Source: an uncultured Candidatus Saccharibacteria bacterium
GTDB taxonomy: Bacteria; Patescibacteriota; Minisyncoccia; Phycocordibacterales; UBA9973
Length of the DNA: 43,007 bases
Assembly: GCA_964504455.1 (NCBI GenBank)
Contig: CAZDDY010000001.1
Location: 1 to 43,007, forward strand
Direction: 5' to 3'
Of this stretch, positions 26,147 to 35,722 are shown one piece after another (the first letter of the stretch is position 1; each line of letters opens with the position of its first letter). The notes below the pieces were generated by a model. The model made no database searches and was not told the origin of the DNA. It worked only from the letters and a program-made list of their open reading frames with translations. The position numbers and the translations under genes are program-made.

Positions 26147-27193
26147 ATGGCACTTGGATTAAACAAAATTTTTTCAAATGATATTGGTATCGATCTTGGT
26201 ACAGCAAATACGTTGGTCTATTTAAAAGGAAAAGGCATCATCATTAATGAGCCGTCTGTTGTTGCGGTAAATCAAAAGACCGGACAAATCGTTGCGGTTG
26301 GAGCTGATGCAAAGCAAATGCTTGGCCGTACCCCAGGTCATATTAAGGCAGTGCGCCCACTTGTAGATGGTGTTATTTCTGATTTTGAAGTTACAGAAGA
26401 AATGCTCGCCTATCTTATTCGAAAGGCTGAAAGTTTTTCAAAAAAATTATTTCGCCCAAGAGTTGTAATCGGTATACCATCTGGTGTCACGAATGTAGAA
26501 TCTCGAGCCGTATATGATGCTGCAAAATCTGCTGGCGCACGAGATGTATATCTTGTTGAAGAACCAATGGCTGCTGCAATCGGGATTAGATTGCCAATTA
26601 AAGAACCAGTTGGCTCGATGATAATTGATATTGGTGGGGGCACAACAGATATAGCCATTATTTCTTTAGGAGGAATTGTTAGGTCAAAGAATCTTCGTAT
26701 CGCAGGAGATCGTTTCAACGAAGATATTATGACCTATTTGAAAGATGAATTTAAATTGTTAATCGGCGAAAAAACGGCCGAAACTCTTAAGATGCAAATA
26801 GGTTCAGTTGTCGAAGGTGATTTGCTCGAAGCGCACGTTCGAGGAAGAGATATGGTTTCAGGGTTGCCTAGAGAAGTTATAGTAACTGATCAAGATATTA
26901 GACTTGCAATCGGAGGCTCAATTGCCACACTCGTTGATGGTATTAAGGAGGTTTTAGAAACAACACCTCCTGAAGTAGTAGGAGATGTCATGCAACGAGG
27001 AATTGTTCTTACAGGAGGAGGCGCACTTATTCGAGGAATTGATGTTTTATTAAACACCATCCTTAAAATTCCAATTTTTATAGCCGAAGATCCTCTCACA
27101 GCTGTTGCGCGAGGCACAGGTGTTATTTTGGATGATTTAGAGTATTACAAAGAAGTACTTTTAGAAACAGATGGCGACATTCTCCCGAGATAA
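26147..27193 (+). CDS. mreB: Rod-shape-determining actin homologue MreB
   Basis: DIGIDLGTANTLVY, EPMAAAIG, DIGGGTTDIA, GIVLTGGGALIRG. Confidence 0.95.
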   Translation: MALGLNKIFSNDIGIDLGTANTLVYLKGKGIIINEPSVVAVNQKTGQIVAVGADAKQMLGRTPGHIKAVRPLVDGVISDFEVTEEMLAYLIRKAESFSKKLFRPRVVIGIPSGVTNVESRAVYDAAKSAGARDVYLVEEPMAAAIGIRLPIKEPVGSMIIDIGGGTTDIAIISLGGIVRSKNLRIAGDRFNEDIMTYLKDEFKLLIGEKTAETLKMQIGSVVEGDLLEAHVRGRDMVSGLPREVIVTDQDIRLAIGGSIATLVDGIKEVLETTPPEVVGDVMQRGIVLTGGGALIRGIDVLLNTILKIPIFIAEDPLTAVARGTGVILDDLEYYKEVLLETDGDILPR

Positions 27194-27950
27194 AAAGAAA
27201 GGCCGAACACGGCGAATACTTTTTTCGTTTCTTGGAACGCTTTTTTTTGTTTTAATTTTATTTCCACTCCTTTTTAATAGCGTTGCCATACATTCTGGTC
27301 TCTTTTTTTGGCGCACAGGTACACGCCTCGGTGATTTCATCTCGAGCTCTCTTGTTTTTTTTCAAAGAAATGAGTCATTACGGTTGGAGAATCAATCACT
27401 CAAAGAAGAGATAGAAGCATTACGAATGCAAAATCAATCAAGTGTAGATGTCGACCAAATACCACTTGATGAAGAAACCAAAATGCTTTTGCCAGTTATT
27501 GCTAAGCCCTTTAAAACCGGCTCAGATACAATTATTCTTGAACACGAAAACACTCCTGAAATACAAAAATATATTGGCATGGTTGTTACTACAAAAGAAG
27601 GTATCCCGGTTGGAGTTGTCGAGAAGACAACTACTCGATTAGTGTATGTAAAACTTTTTTCATTCTCAGGTAATCGAATTGTACTCAGGGAGACAAAAGA
27701 AAATATTGATTTTGAGTTAGTAGGTCGCTCAAGTGGTAATTTTCATTTCGAAGCAAATCAAGATGTTCCAGTTTCTGTAGGAGGTTTCTTGTATCTACCA
27801 GGGTTTGATACTTTTCCAGTGGCACAAATAGCAAAGGTGGTTTCTCGCCAACATGACCCAGAAAAAATATATCTTGCAACGTTAGTCATCAACTACAACA
27901 ATCTAAACTCTCTGGTATTAACCGAAAAAACATATGGATTCTCCGATTAA
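27171..27950 (+). CDS. mreC: Rod-shape-determining protein MreC
   Basis: Basic N-terminus plus TM, a coiled segment (LRLENQSLKEEIEALRMQN), then a beta-rich domain. It sits directly after mreB with a 23-nt overlap. Confidence 0.8.
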   Translation: MATFSRDKKKGRTRRILFSFLGTLFFVLILFPLLFNSVAIHSGLFFWRTGTRLGDFISSSLVFFQRNESLRLENQSLKEEIEALRMQNQSSVDVDQIPLDEETKMLLPVIAKPFKTGSDTIILEHENTPEIQKYIGMVVTTKEGIPVGVVEKTTTRLVYVKLFSFSGNRIVLRETKENIDFELVGRSSGNFHFEANQDVPVSVGGFLYLPGFDTFPVAQIAKVVSRQHDPEKIYLATLVINYNNLNSLVLTEKTYGFSD

Positions 27951-29136
27951 GTTTACATTTGTTGCAAAAGACAAAAAAGCTCGTCTTGCAACGTTGGAAA
28001 CAAAGCATGGCATTGTAGAAACACCAGCATTTGTAGTTGTAGGCACAAAGGCAACAGTAAAATCTCTTACCCCTGAGATGATTGTTGAGTCGAAAACTCA
28101 ACTTGTTCTTGCAAATACATATCATTTATATCTTCAACCAGGGCTGGAAATTATCAAAGAAAGTGGTGGGTTTCCAAAATTTATGCACTATTGTGGACCA
28201 ACTATGACCGATTCTGGAGGGTTCCAAGTGTTTTCTTTGGGTACCGCTTTTGGTAAGGGGATAAGTAAGATTCTACAAGCGATAGAAGATACAAAACAGT
28301 TATCTGTTGGGGTATCAGATGAACCCGCACCGAAATTAGCAAAAGTAGGGGAAGATGGAGTTACCTTTAAGTCACATATTGACGGGAGCCTTCATTATAT
28401 TACACCCGAGAGGTCAATCGAGATACAACATGCCCTCAAAGCAGATATTATATTTGCTTTTGACGAGTGTACTTCTCCAACAGATACTCATGAGTATCAT
28501 AAAGAATCCTTGCGAAGAACACATCGCTGGGCGCAAAGATCTCTTGTGTATCATAAATCACAAGAAAATAGTAAAGAGCAAGCACTTTTTGGAATTGTGC
28601 AAGGTGGACGATTTAAAGATCTTAGAGAAGAATCAGCACACACCATTGGATCAATGGACTTTGATGGTTTTGGAATTGGAGGGTCGTTTGATAAGGAGGA
28701 TCTTTTAAGCGCAGTTTTATGGGTAAATGAAATTCTTCCAGAAGATAAACCACGTCACCTTCTTGGGATTGGTGAACCTAAAGATATACTTTTTGGAGTC
28801 GAAGCAGGATGTGATTTGTTTGATTGTGTTGCACCAACTCGTATGGCAAGAAACGGAACTCTTCATACAAAGGATGGTCGCATGAATCTATTGAATGCAA
28901 AATTTGAGCTCGATACTAATCCAATTGAAAACGATTGCGGATGTTATACATGCAAAAACTTTACCCGAAGTTATCTTGCACACCTTTTTAGAGGAAAAGA
29001 AATGCTTGGTGGAACTCTCGCCACGATACATAATGTATATTTCATGAATACTTTTTTTGAGGAAATTCGAAAAGCAATTAAAGAAGGAAATTTTTCTGAA
29101 TATAAAGAAAAATTTATCAAAAAATACTATAAATAG
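27934..29136 (+). CDS. tgt: Queuine/tRNA-guanine transglycosylase
   Basis: LETKHGIVETPAFVVVGTKATVK, TDSGGFQVFSL, FAFDEC, GIVQGG, FGIGG, Zn site CGCYTCKNFTRSYLAHL. Confidence 0.93.
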   Translation: MDSPIKFTFVAKDKKARLATLETKHGIVETPAFVVVGTKATVKSLTPEMIVESKTQLVLANTYHLYLQPGLEIIKESGGFPKFMHYCGPTMTDSGGFQVFSLGTAFGKGISKILQAIEDTKQLSVGVSDEPAPKLAKVGEDGVTFKSHIDGSLHYITPERSIEIQHALKADIIFAFDECTSPTDTHEYHKESLRRTHRWAQRSLVYHKSQENSKEQALFGIVQGGRFKDLREESAHTIGSMDFDGFGIGGSFDKEDLLSAVLWVNEILPEDKPRHLLGIGEPKDILFGVEAGCDLFDCVAPTRMARNGTLHTKDGRMNLLNAKFELDTNPIENDCGCYTCKNFTRSYLAHLFRGKEMLGGTLATIHNVYFMNTFFEEIRKAIKEGNFSEYKEKFIKKYYK

Positions 29137-29214
29137 GAAACTTGCTTATATCTGTGCAGCCATATAAAAATGAGTAGGTTTGAGGTCAAATGAAAAATGA
29201 TACTATATACTAAT

Positions 29215-29541
29215 ATGAATAATAATTTAAAAATTGGTGGTTTTTATTACCATTACAAACACGATCCAAGCAAAGACATATACAATTATGCATACGAGAT
29301 AATAAATATAGGTCATCATACAGAAATAGAAGGTCTTGATGAGTCGCAAATGGTGATTTATGCACCACTTTACCCAGAAGCAGGAGTATACAAGGCGGGA
29401 AAGCATTTTGATCTACGGCCACTTACTATGTTCCTTGAGCCTGTAACCAAGGAAGGAAAAACATTCTCACGGTTTCAAGAAATAACTGATCCAGAACTGA
29501 TTGAAAAACTCAAATTAAAAAAACAAGAGATGTATGCCTAG
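29215..29541 (+). CDS. DUF1653-like small protein
   Basis: GGFYYHYKHDPSKDIYNYAYEIINIGHHTE...VIYAPLY resembles the DUF1653 core. ATG 29215 or 29197. Confidence 0.65.
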   Translation: MNNNLKIGGFYYHYKHDPSKDIYNYAYEIINIGHHTEIEGLDESQMVIYAPLYPEAGVYKAGKHFDLRPLTMFLEPVTKEGKTFSRFQEITDPELIEKLKLKKQEMYA

Positions 29542-29544
29542 TGG

Positions 29545-29574
29545 AAAAAAGCTGATAGATATCAGCTTTTTTTA
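29545..29574 (+). terminator. Rho-independent terminator
   Basis: AAAAAAGCTGATA ga TATCAGCTTTTTTT, an 8-bp perfect stem with a T7 run. Confidence 0.8.
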
Positions 29575-29603
29575 TTCTCTATTCTTTAGTATTCTTTACA
29601 CAC

Positions 29604-31658
29604 ATGTCAGTATTTCGTCTTAAAAGTGAATACAAGCCGGCTGGAGATCAACCCGAAGCAATCAAGGGTCTTCTGTCTGGTTTAAAAAAAGGACTGAAAA
29701 AGCAGACACTTTTAGGTGCAACTGGAACAGGAAAGACCTTTACAATGGCAAATATTATAAAAGAGTGGGGAAAAGCAACACTCGTGATTGCCCACAATAA
29801 AACTCTTGCTGCTCAGCTTGCACAAGAGTTTAGAGAATTTTTTCCTGATGCTGCAGTGCACTACTTTGTTTCGTACTACGATTATTACCAGCCTGAAGCG
29901 TATTTACCCGGGACGGACACCTATATCGAGAAAGATGCCCAGATTAATGAAGAAATTGACCGACTTCGTCATGCAACAACCCAGGCTCTACTCACTCGCC
30001 CAGATACAATTATTGTTGCGTCAGTTTCATGTATCTATGGTTTGGGGTCACCGGAAGAATATGAGAAAGAAAATTTAAAGCTTACTATAGGAGATAGATA
30101 TACACGCACAGATATTATGAAGCGTCTTATTGAAATGCAATACGAGCGAACGACAGCGGATCTTTCACCAGGAACTTTTAGATCTATTGGTACTCGCATA
30201 GATATTATGCCAGTATCAGAAACCGAAGCATATATAATTGAAATTGCTGGAGGCGTCATAGAGAAAATAACAAAATTTGACACCGTCTCATCTCATGTTC
30301 TTGGTGAAATAAAAAGTTTTTTTGTTTTTCCTGCGAAGCACTTTATGACACCGAAAGCTCTTCGAGACAAGGCAGTGAAAGCGATTCAAGCAGAATTAAA
30401 GCAACAAATAGCTTATTTTGAAAAAGAGGGAAAACTGCTTGAAGCCGAGCGAATAAAAAGGAGAACTACATATGACACTGCAATGATAAAGGAAGTTGGA
30501 TATTGTTCTGGTATCGAAAATTACTCTCGACACTTATCAGGAAAAAATGCAGGTGATCCACCAGATACGCTTCTTTCTTATTTTCCTCATACAAAAGAAG
30601 GTAACCCAAATTTTCTGACCATCATTGATGAGTCACATGTCACACTCCCTCAATTGCAGGGCATGTATGCAGGTGACGCCTCAAGAAAAAATACATTAGT
30701 TGAGTTTGGTTTTAGATTACCGAGCGCAAAAGACAACAGACCTCTTACGTACGAAGAGTTTGAGAAAATAATCGGACAGGTTGTATATACGAGTGCAACA
30801 CCAGGGAAAATAGAAAAAGAAGTGAGTGAACAAATTGTTGAGCAAATAATTAGGCCAACAGGTCTTATTGATCCTGAAATCATCGTAAAACCTATTATTG
30901 AAAATGGTGAGTATCCAGGGCAAATTCAAGATTTCATCACGGAGGCGCATACGGTAATAAAACGGGGCGGGAGAGTGCTTGCAACCACGCTTACTAAAAA
31001 AATGGCAGAAGACTTAGCACAATATCTTAAAGAATTACCAGACGAAAAGGGTAAAAAAGTAAAAGCCGAATATCTCCACAGCGATATAAAGACGATTGAC
31101 CGTATCAAGATACTTACGAGTTTTCGAAAGGGTGAGTTTGACTGTCTCGTTGGGGTGAACTTATTACGTGAAGGTCTCGACTTGCCCGAGGTTGAATTTA
31201 TTGGAATTTTAGATGCTGACAAAGAGGGGTTTCTTCGTTCAGAAACTTCACTTATTCAAACTATCGGGCGTGCAGCAAGAAACGTTTTAGGTAGGGTTAT
31301 TCTGTACGCAGATAAAATGACTGGTTCTATGGAACGTGCCATACATGAGACAAATAGACGCCGAGAAATTCAACTTGCCTATAATAAAAAACATAATATT
31401 ACCCCAAAGACAATACATAAAAAAATTAAAGATATTACTGAGAGTCTTGAAACTGAACACAAAAAAGCAGTAAAGTTTAATTTGGCACTTGATCAAGATG
31501 TTTTTAAGTCTGATCCGCAAAAACTTATTTCACTTAAAGAGATCGAGATGGGGGAGGCAGTGAAAGAACTTGATTTTGAAACTGCAGCAATTTTACGTGA
31601 TGAAATTTATGCGTTAAAACAAAAGGCAGGTATTGGTGCCAAACGAAAAAGAACGTAG
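29604..31658 (+). CDS. uvrB: Excinuclease ABC subunit B
   Basis: GATGTGKTFTMA, DYYQPEAY, IIDESHVT, a helicase C-domain, and a C-terminal UVR domain (FETAAILRDEIYALK). Confidence 0.96.
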   Translation: MSVFRLKSEYKPAGDQPEAIKGLLSGLKKGLKKQTLLGATGTGKTFTMANIIKEWGKATLVIAHNKTLAAQLAQEFREFFPDAAVHYFVSYYDYYQPEAYLPGTDTYIEKDAQINEEIDRLRHATTQALLTRPDTIIVASVSCIYGLGSPEEYEKENLKLTIGDRYTRTDIMKRLIEMQYERTTADLSPGTFRSIGTRIDIMPVSETEAYIIEIAGGVIEKITKFDTVSSHVLGEIKSFFVFPAKHFMTPKALRDKAVKAIQAELKQQIAYFEKEGKLLEAERIKRRTTYDTAMIKEVGYCSGIENYSRHLSGKNAGDPPDTLLSYFPHTKEGNPNFLTIIDESHVTLPQLQGMYAGDASRKNTLVEFGFRLPSAKDNRPLTYEEFEKIIGQVVYTSATPGKIEKEVSEQIVEQIIRPTGLIDPEIIVKPIIENGEYPGQIQDFITEAHTVIKRGGRVLATTLTKKMAEDLAQYLKELPDEKGKKVKAEYLHSDIKTIDRIKILTSFRKGEFDCLVGVNLLREGLDLPEVEFIGILDADKEGFLRSETSLIQTIGRAARNVLGRVILYADKMTGSMERAIHETNRRREIQLAYNKKHNITPKTIHKKIKDITESLETEHKKAVKFNLALDQDVFKSDPQKLISLKEIEMGEAVKELDFETAAILRDEIYALKQKAGIGAKRKRT

Positions 31659-31672
31659 TACACTATTCATAT

Positions 31673-32497
31673 ATGCAGAAAACAACCGTAGCTGTTATCG
31701 AAGTACTGATTGTTATTATCGGTATTTCATTAATTGCATACTACAAATTTTATCAAGCACCCAGACTTGGCATAATGCAACCTGCGCCTTCCTCTCCTCC
31801 TGTATTAGTTGATAAAAGTAGTTATTTTTTGGTCTCAGTGAAAGAACAACCAAGTTTTACGATTATCGATGTTGAGTACCCATATTTTGAAAATGCTCCA
31901 CAATCGTTTAACGAAAAAATCAAAGAATATGTTTTTGCAAAGATAAAAGAACACAATAGTCTTTCTGAGGCAAACTGGAAAAGTCGTTTCGGAAGCGCCT
32001 TTGAGGAATCAAATTTTCCAGAGAAGCCAGAAGTTGAAGGTGACAAGATGCCATTCTATATGAAGACAGATGTTGTGCAATCAAATAACCAATTCATAAG
32101 TTTTACTCTCCACTATGCAACGTATCAAACACGAGCACTTTTTTCTGAAGAGATACTATCTTTCAACTTCGATCTTTCCAAACAAAAAGAAATTACTTTA
32201 GAAGAATTGTTCTCTAATAATCCGCTCTATTTGCAAGATATCTCTCGTTTTGCAAAAAGTGATCTTGAAAAACAACTTGTTGATACAGAATCACTAAAAG
32301 ACTTAGGACTAACCACGGAGGTTCAAAATACGTATGTAAAAAATATTTCTCGAAGTATAGCAATTGGAACAAATCCTAAAATAAGTAATTTTTCTACATT
32401 TACTTTTACCCCGGAATCAGTTACTTTTTACTTTCAAAAAACACAAGTCGGCCCGACTTCCATAGGTATGCCGAAAGTAGTTATGCCTCGTAAATAA
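31673..32497 (+). CDS. Membrane-anchored DUF4163/DUF3298-like (RsiV/PdaC C-terminal type) protein
   Basis: N-terminal TM, then IIDVEYPYFENAPQSFNEKIKEYV and a later ...FYFQKTQVGP... pattern typical of that family. Recognised by eye only. Confidence 0.55.
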   Translation: MQKTTVAVIEVLIVIIGISLIAYYKFYQAPRLGIMQPAPSSPPVLVDKSSYFLVSVKEQPSFTIIDVEYPYFENAPQSFNEKIKEYVFAKIKEHNSLSEANWKSRFGSAFEESNFPEKPEVEGDKMPFYMKTDVVQSNNQFISFTLHYATYQTRALFSEEILSFNFDLSKQKEITLEELFSNNPLYLQDISRFAKSDLEKQLVDTESLKDLGLTTEVQNTYVKNISRSIAIGTNPKISNFSTFTFTPESVTFYFQKTQVGPTSIGMPKVVMPRK

Positions 32498-32555
32498 GCT
32501 CTTTAGTGTTTCAATATACTCTGTGTTATATTGGGTACAATCAAATAGCGATATA

Positions 32556-32590
32556 CCCCTATAAGGAGACTTAAGGGGTCCGCTTTTGTT
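32556..32590 (+). terminator. Hairpin with GAGA tetraloop and a T-rich tail
   Basis: CCCCT(A)TAAG GAGA CTTAAGGGG followed by tccgcTTTTGTTT. Confidence 0.5.
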
Positions 32591-32601
32591 TATAAAGCTG
32601 T

Positions 32602-35226
32602 ATGGATTCGAAAGGAAAAAACAAAATAGGAGAGGAAAAGATTGTAGTGAGGGGAGCACGTACTCACAATCTCAAAAATATACATGTTGAATTACCACGA
32701 AACAAGATGGTGGTGGTTACTGGCATGTCTGGGTCAGGTAAAAGTTCTTTAGCATTTGACACTATTTTTGCTGAAGGGCAGCGGAGGTATGTTGAATCAC
32801 TTTCAGCATATGCACGCCAGTTTTTAAATCAGATGCCCAAGCCTGATGTTGATGAAATCACTGGGTTATCTCCTGCAATTTCAATTGATCAGAAATCTCG
32901 GTCAAATAATCCTCGCTCAACAGTTGCAACCATTACGGAGATCTATGATTATCTTCGGGTTTTATATGCACGCATCGGAAGACCGCATTGTCCAGAATGC
33001 GGAGAACAAATTAATAAGCTTTCAAACGAAGAAATAATCTCTTTTATCTTGGACAAAATAACTACTCACGTGAAAAAAGGATCTGCCCAGATGAAGAAAG
33101 TAATGGGAGTAGAGTGGAATGAAACAAAAGTAAATATTTTTGCTCCACTTGTTCGAGGAAGAAAAGGGGAGCACTACCAGCTTTTATATGATCTTTTAGG
33201 TAAGGGGTACAGTAAAATTAGGCTTGATGGAAATATAAAAAACTTACGTGAAAAAGTTGAACTTTCAAAAACAAAGGCACACTCAATTGAAGTATTTGTT
33301 GATTCACTAGCTCTTCATGAATTTAAAGATGATAAAGATGGTAGTCGAACACGTCTCTCAGAAGCAGTAGAGCGAGCACTGCTTGAGTCAGATGGCCTTG
33401 TTGTCGTTTCTTTTGATACTGGGGAAGAATTTCTTCTTTCTGCAAAGTTTGCATGTCCAAATGATGGTTTTTCTTTTCCTGAAATTGAACCAAGACTTTT
33501 TTCTTTTAATTCTCCATACGGAGCATGTCCTACCTGTAATGGGTTAGGTACAAAGTATTTTATGGGGTTAGATCTTTGTGATGATTGCAAAGGTGCTCGA
33601 CTTCGAAAAGAATCTCTGTGTGTTTTATTGGGCGGTAATGCTAAGACTGGGAAAAATATTGTTTCGGCATCAAGTCTTTCAATCTTTGAGGCGAAGAATT
33701 TTTTTCAAACATTAAAACTTACTCAAAAAGAAAAAGAAATCTCAACGGTGGTTCTAAAAGAAATCATCTCTCGACTTGATTTCATGTTAAATGTTGGTCT
33801 TGAATATCTTACTCTTGATCGTCGTGCAAATACGCTTTCAGGTGGTGAAGCACAACGTATCAGACTTGCTTCACAACTCGGATCTCGACTCGTGGGGGCA
33901 CTTTATGTGCTTGATGAGCCTACTATTGGACTTCACCAAAGAGATAATGAAAAACTGATTGATACACTAACCAACCTAAGGGATTTAGGTAATACGATTT
34001 TAGTTGTTGAACATGATGAAGATACTATTTATTCATCAGATTACATTGTTGATATTGGTCCAAAGGCAGGAGTACACGGAGGAGAGGTTGTTGTATCTGG
34101 ATTTCTTGAAGACTTGCTCGCCTCTCGAAAAAACTCATCGGGGTCAAGAACGCTTGGATATTTGCGTAAAGAAATAAAGATAGAGGTTCCAAAAGAGAGA
34201 CGTACAAAAGAAAAAGGAGAGTTAAAAATTGTAAATGGCCAAGTATTTAATATTAAAGAGATGAATGTAAAAGTTCCTCTTGGAAGATTTGTCACTATAA
34301 CTGGAGTATCTGGATCAGGTAAATCTTCATTTATGTATGAAATTCTCCACAAGAATTTACAAGCAAGACTTGAGCGCAAATATCGTTCAGCTAAAACATA
34401 TAATGCGCAATCATTTTCAGGTTCAGAATATGTATCCCGAGTGATTTTAATTGATCAATCACCAATTGGCCGTACTCCAAGATCAAATATTGCAACCTAC
34501 ACAGGTGCTTTTACTCACATTCGTGATATTTTCGCGACGACAGAAGAAGCGCGCTTTCGCGGATGGAAGTCAAACAGATTTTCTTTTAATGTGAAGGGTG
34601 GTAGATGTGAAGCATGTGAAGGTAATGGCGAGATTGCAGTTGAGATGCACTTTTTGCCGACCGTATATGTTACCTGTGATGTGTGCGGTGGTAAGCGTTT
34701 CGACAAAGAGACACTGACCGTAAAGTATAAAAAGAAAAATATTTATGAAGTGCTTCAAATGACTGTCGAGGAAGGACTTACCTTCTTTGAAGATATTCCT
34801 GCAGTCTATGACAGATTACGAACGCTTGCTGATGTAGGACTAGGATATTTGGCGCTTGGGCAAAGTGCAACAACGCTCTCGGGTGGTGAAGCACAAAGAG
34901 TAAAAATTTCATCTGAACTATATCGAACAAATGTTGAGAAAACTATCTATCTATTAGACGAGCCGACAGTGGGGCTACATTACGATGATGTTGCACGACT
35001 CCTTACTGTGCTTAATATGCTCGTAGACAAAGGAAATAGTGTTCTTTTGATTGAACATAATATGGATATAATTAAATGCGCTGATTGGATTATTGATATT
35101 GGCCCTGAGGGGGGAGTGGGTGGTGGTAAAGTTGTTGCAGTAGGAACACCAGAGGATATAGCAAATAATCCGAAATCATTTACTGGTAAATATTTAAAGA
35201 AAATTCTTAAAGAAGGCAAAAAATAA
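32602..35226 (+). CDS. uvrA: Excinuclease ABC subunit A
   Basis: 874 aa. VRGARTHNLKNI, two Walker A sites (GMSGSGKSS, GVSGSGKSS), two LSGGEAQR signatures, and Zn modules (CPECG, CPTCNG, CEACEGNG...CDVCGG). Confidence 0.95.
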   Translation: MDSKGKNKIGEEKIVVRGARTHNLKNIHVELPRNKMVVVTGMSGSGKSSLAFDTIFAEGQRRYVESLSAYARQFLNQMPKPDVDEITGLSPAISIDQKSRSNNPRSTVATITEIYDYLRVLYARIGRPHCPECGEQINKLSNEEIISFILDKITTHVKKGSAQMKKVMGVEWNETKVNIFAPLVRGRKGEHYQLLYDLLGKGYSKIRLDGNIKNLREKVELSKTKAHSIEVFVDSLALHEFKDDKDGSRTRLSEAVERALLESDGLVVVSFDTGEEFLLSAKFACPNDGFSFPEIEPRLFSFNSPYGACPTCNGLGTKYFMGLDLCDDCKGARLRKESLCVLLGGNAKTGKNIVSASSLSIFEAKNFFQTLKLTQKEKEISTVVLKEIISRLDFMLNVGLEYLTLDRRANTLSGGEAQRIRLASQLGSRLVGALYVLDEPTIGLHQRDNEKLIDTLTNLRDLGNTILVVEHDEDTIYSSDYIVDIGPKAGVHGGEVVVSGFLEDLLASRKNSSGSRTLGYLRKEIKIEVPKERRTKEKGELKIVNGQVFNIKEMNVKVPLGRFVTITGVSGSGKSSFMYEILHKNLQARLERKYRSAKTYNAQSFSGSEYVSRVILIDQSPIGRTPRSNIATYTGAFTHIRDIFATTEEARFRGWKSNRFSFNVKGGRCEACEGNGEIAVEMHFLPTVYVTCDVCGGKRFDKETLTVKYKKKNIYEVLQMTVEEGLTFFEDIPAVYDRLRTLADVGLGYLALGQSATTLSGGEAQRVKISSELYRTNVEKTIYLLDEPTVGLHYDDVARLLTVLNMLVDKGNSVLLIEHNMDIIKCADWIIDIGPEGGVGGGKVVAVGTPEDIANNPKSFTGKYLKKILKEGKK

Positions 35227-35249
35227 AGGCACATCAGGGATGCGCCTTT
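35225..35249. terminator. Weak hairpin between convergent uvrA and the ORFan
   Basis: AAAGGCACATC agg GATGCGCCTTT, with one A/C mismatch and a short T run. Confidence 0.4.
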
Positions 35250-35261
35250 CGTAGGATTAGA

Positions 35262-35663
35262 TCAGAGACTTTTGATAAATTGGTCCATAAGTGCTACCAG
35301 CTCGCCTTTATTTTCTGTGTAGGCAACTTTTGCTATGAACGTATCATGTCTTTTATTCGGACTTAAAATGCAGTGCCCGAGCTCACAATGGATTTCATGC
35401 TGGGGAGTATCATTCTCAACAACTAAAATCACATGCCCGGTACTTGTTTTCTCTGTCTCAATCTTGGTTGTTTCACTAATCTTGATTGAGTTGATTTTGA
35501 GAGCCATAACCAGGGAAGCAAAAATTTCTTCCAGTGTGTATTTTGGCTTTACAAATGTGCTCGAAGGCTGCGTAGAGAAAAAATTTCTGAATTCTCTGAT
35601 TCTTTTTCTTGTTTCTTTGGATGAAAAAATTTCTTCCAAGGAAAAACTCTGCGTGTTTGTCAT
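35262..35663 (-). CDS. Hypothetical protein (133 aa)
   Basis: Protein-like composition. The overlapping plus-strand ORF 35335-35712 is Cys/Ser/Leu-rich, typical of an antisense shadow. It has an internal LEEIFSS / LEEIFAS repeat. No recognised family. Confidence 0.5.
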   Translation of the reverse strand: MTNTQSFSLEEIFSSKETRKRIREFRNFFSTQPSSTFVKPKYTLEEIFASLVMALKINSIKISETTKIETEKTSTGHVILVVENDTPQHEIHCELGHCILSPNKRHDTFIAKVAYTENKGELVALMDQFIKSL

Positions 35664-35681
35664 GGGTTCTGTTTTTAAGGT

Positions 35682-35710
35682 TTGGATTTATGAACTATCT
35701 CTGGTATTAT
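35682..35710 (+). promoter_or_regulatory. Sigma-70-type promoter (extended -10) for uvrC
   Basis: -35 TTGGAT (35682-35687), 17-nt spacer ending in TGg, -10 TATTAT (35705-35710), 12 nt before ATG 35723. Confidence 0.55.
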
Positions 35711-35722
35711 AGCATTATTAGC

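Noticed and set aside
32561-32570. AAGGAG at 32563-32568 upstream of uvrA as a Shine-Dalgarno site.
   Set aside because: It lies ~35 nt from the ATG and forms part of a hairpin stem and GAGA loop (32556-32578), most simply the terminator of the upstream gene.
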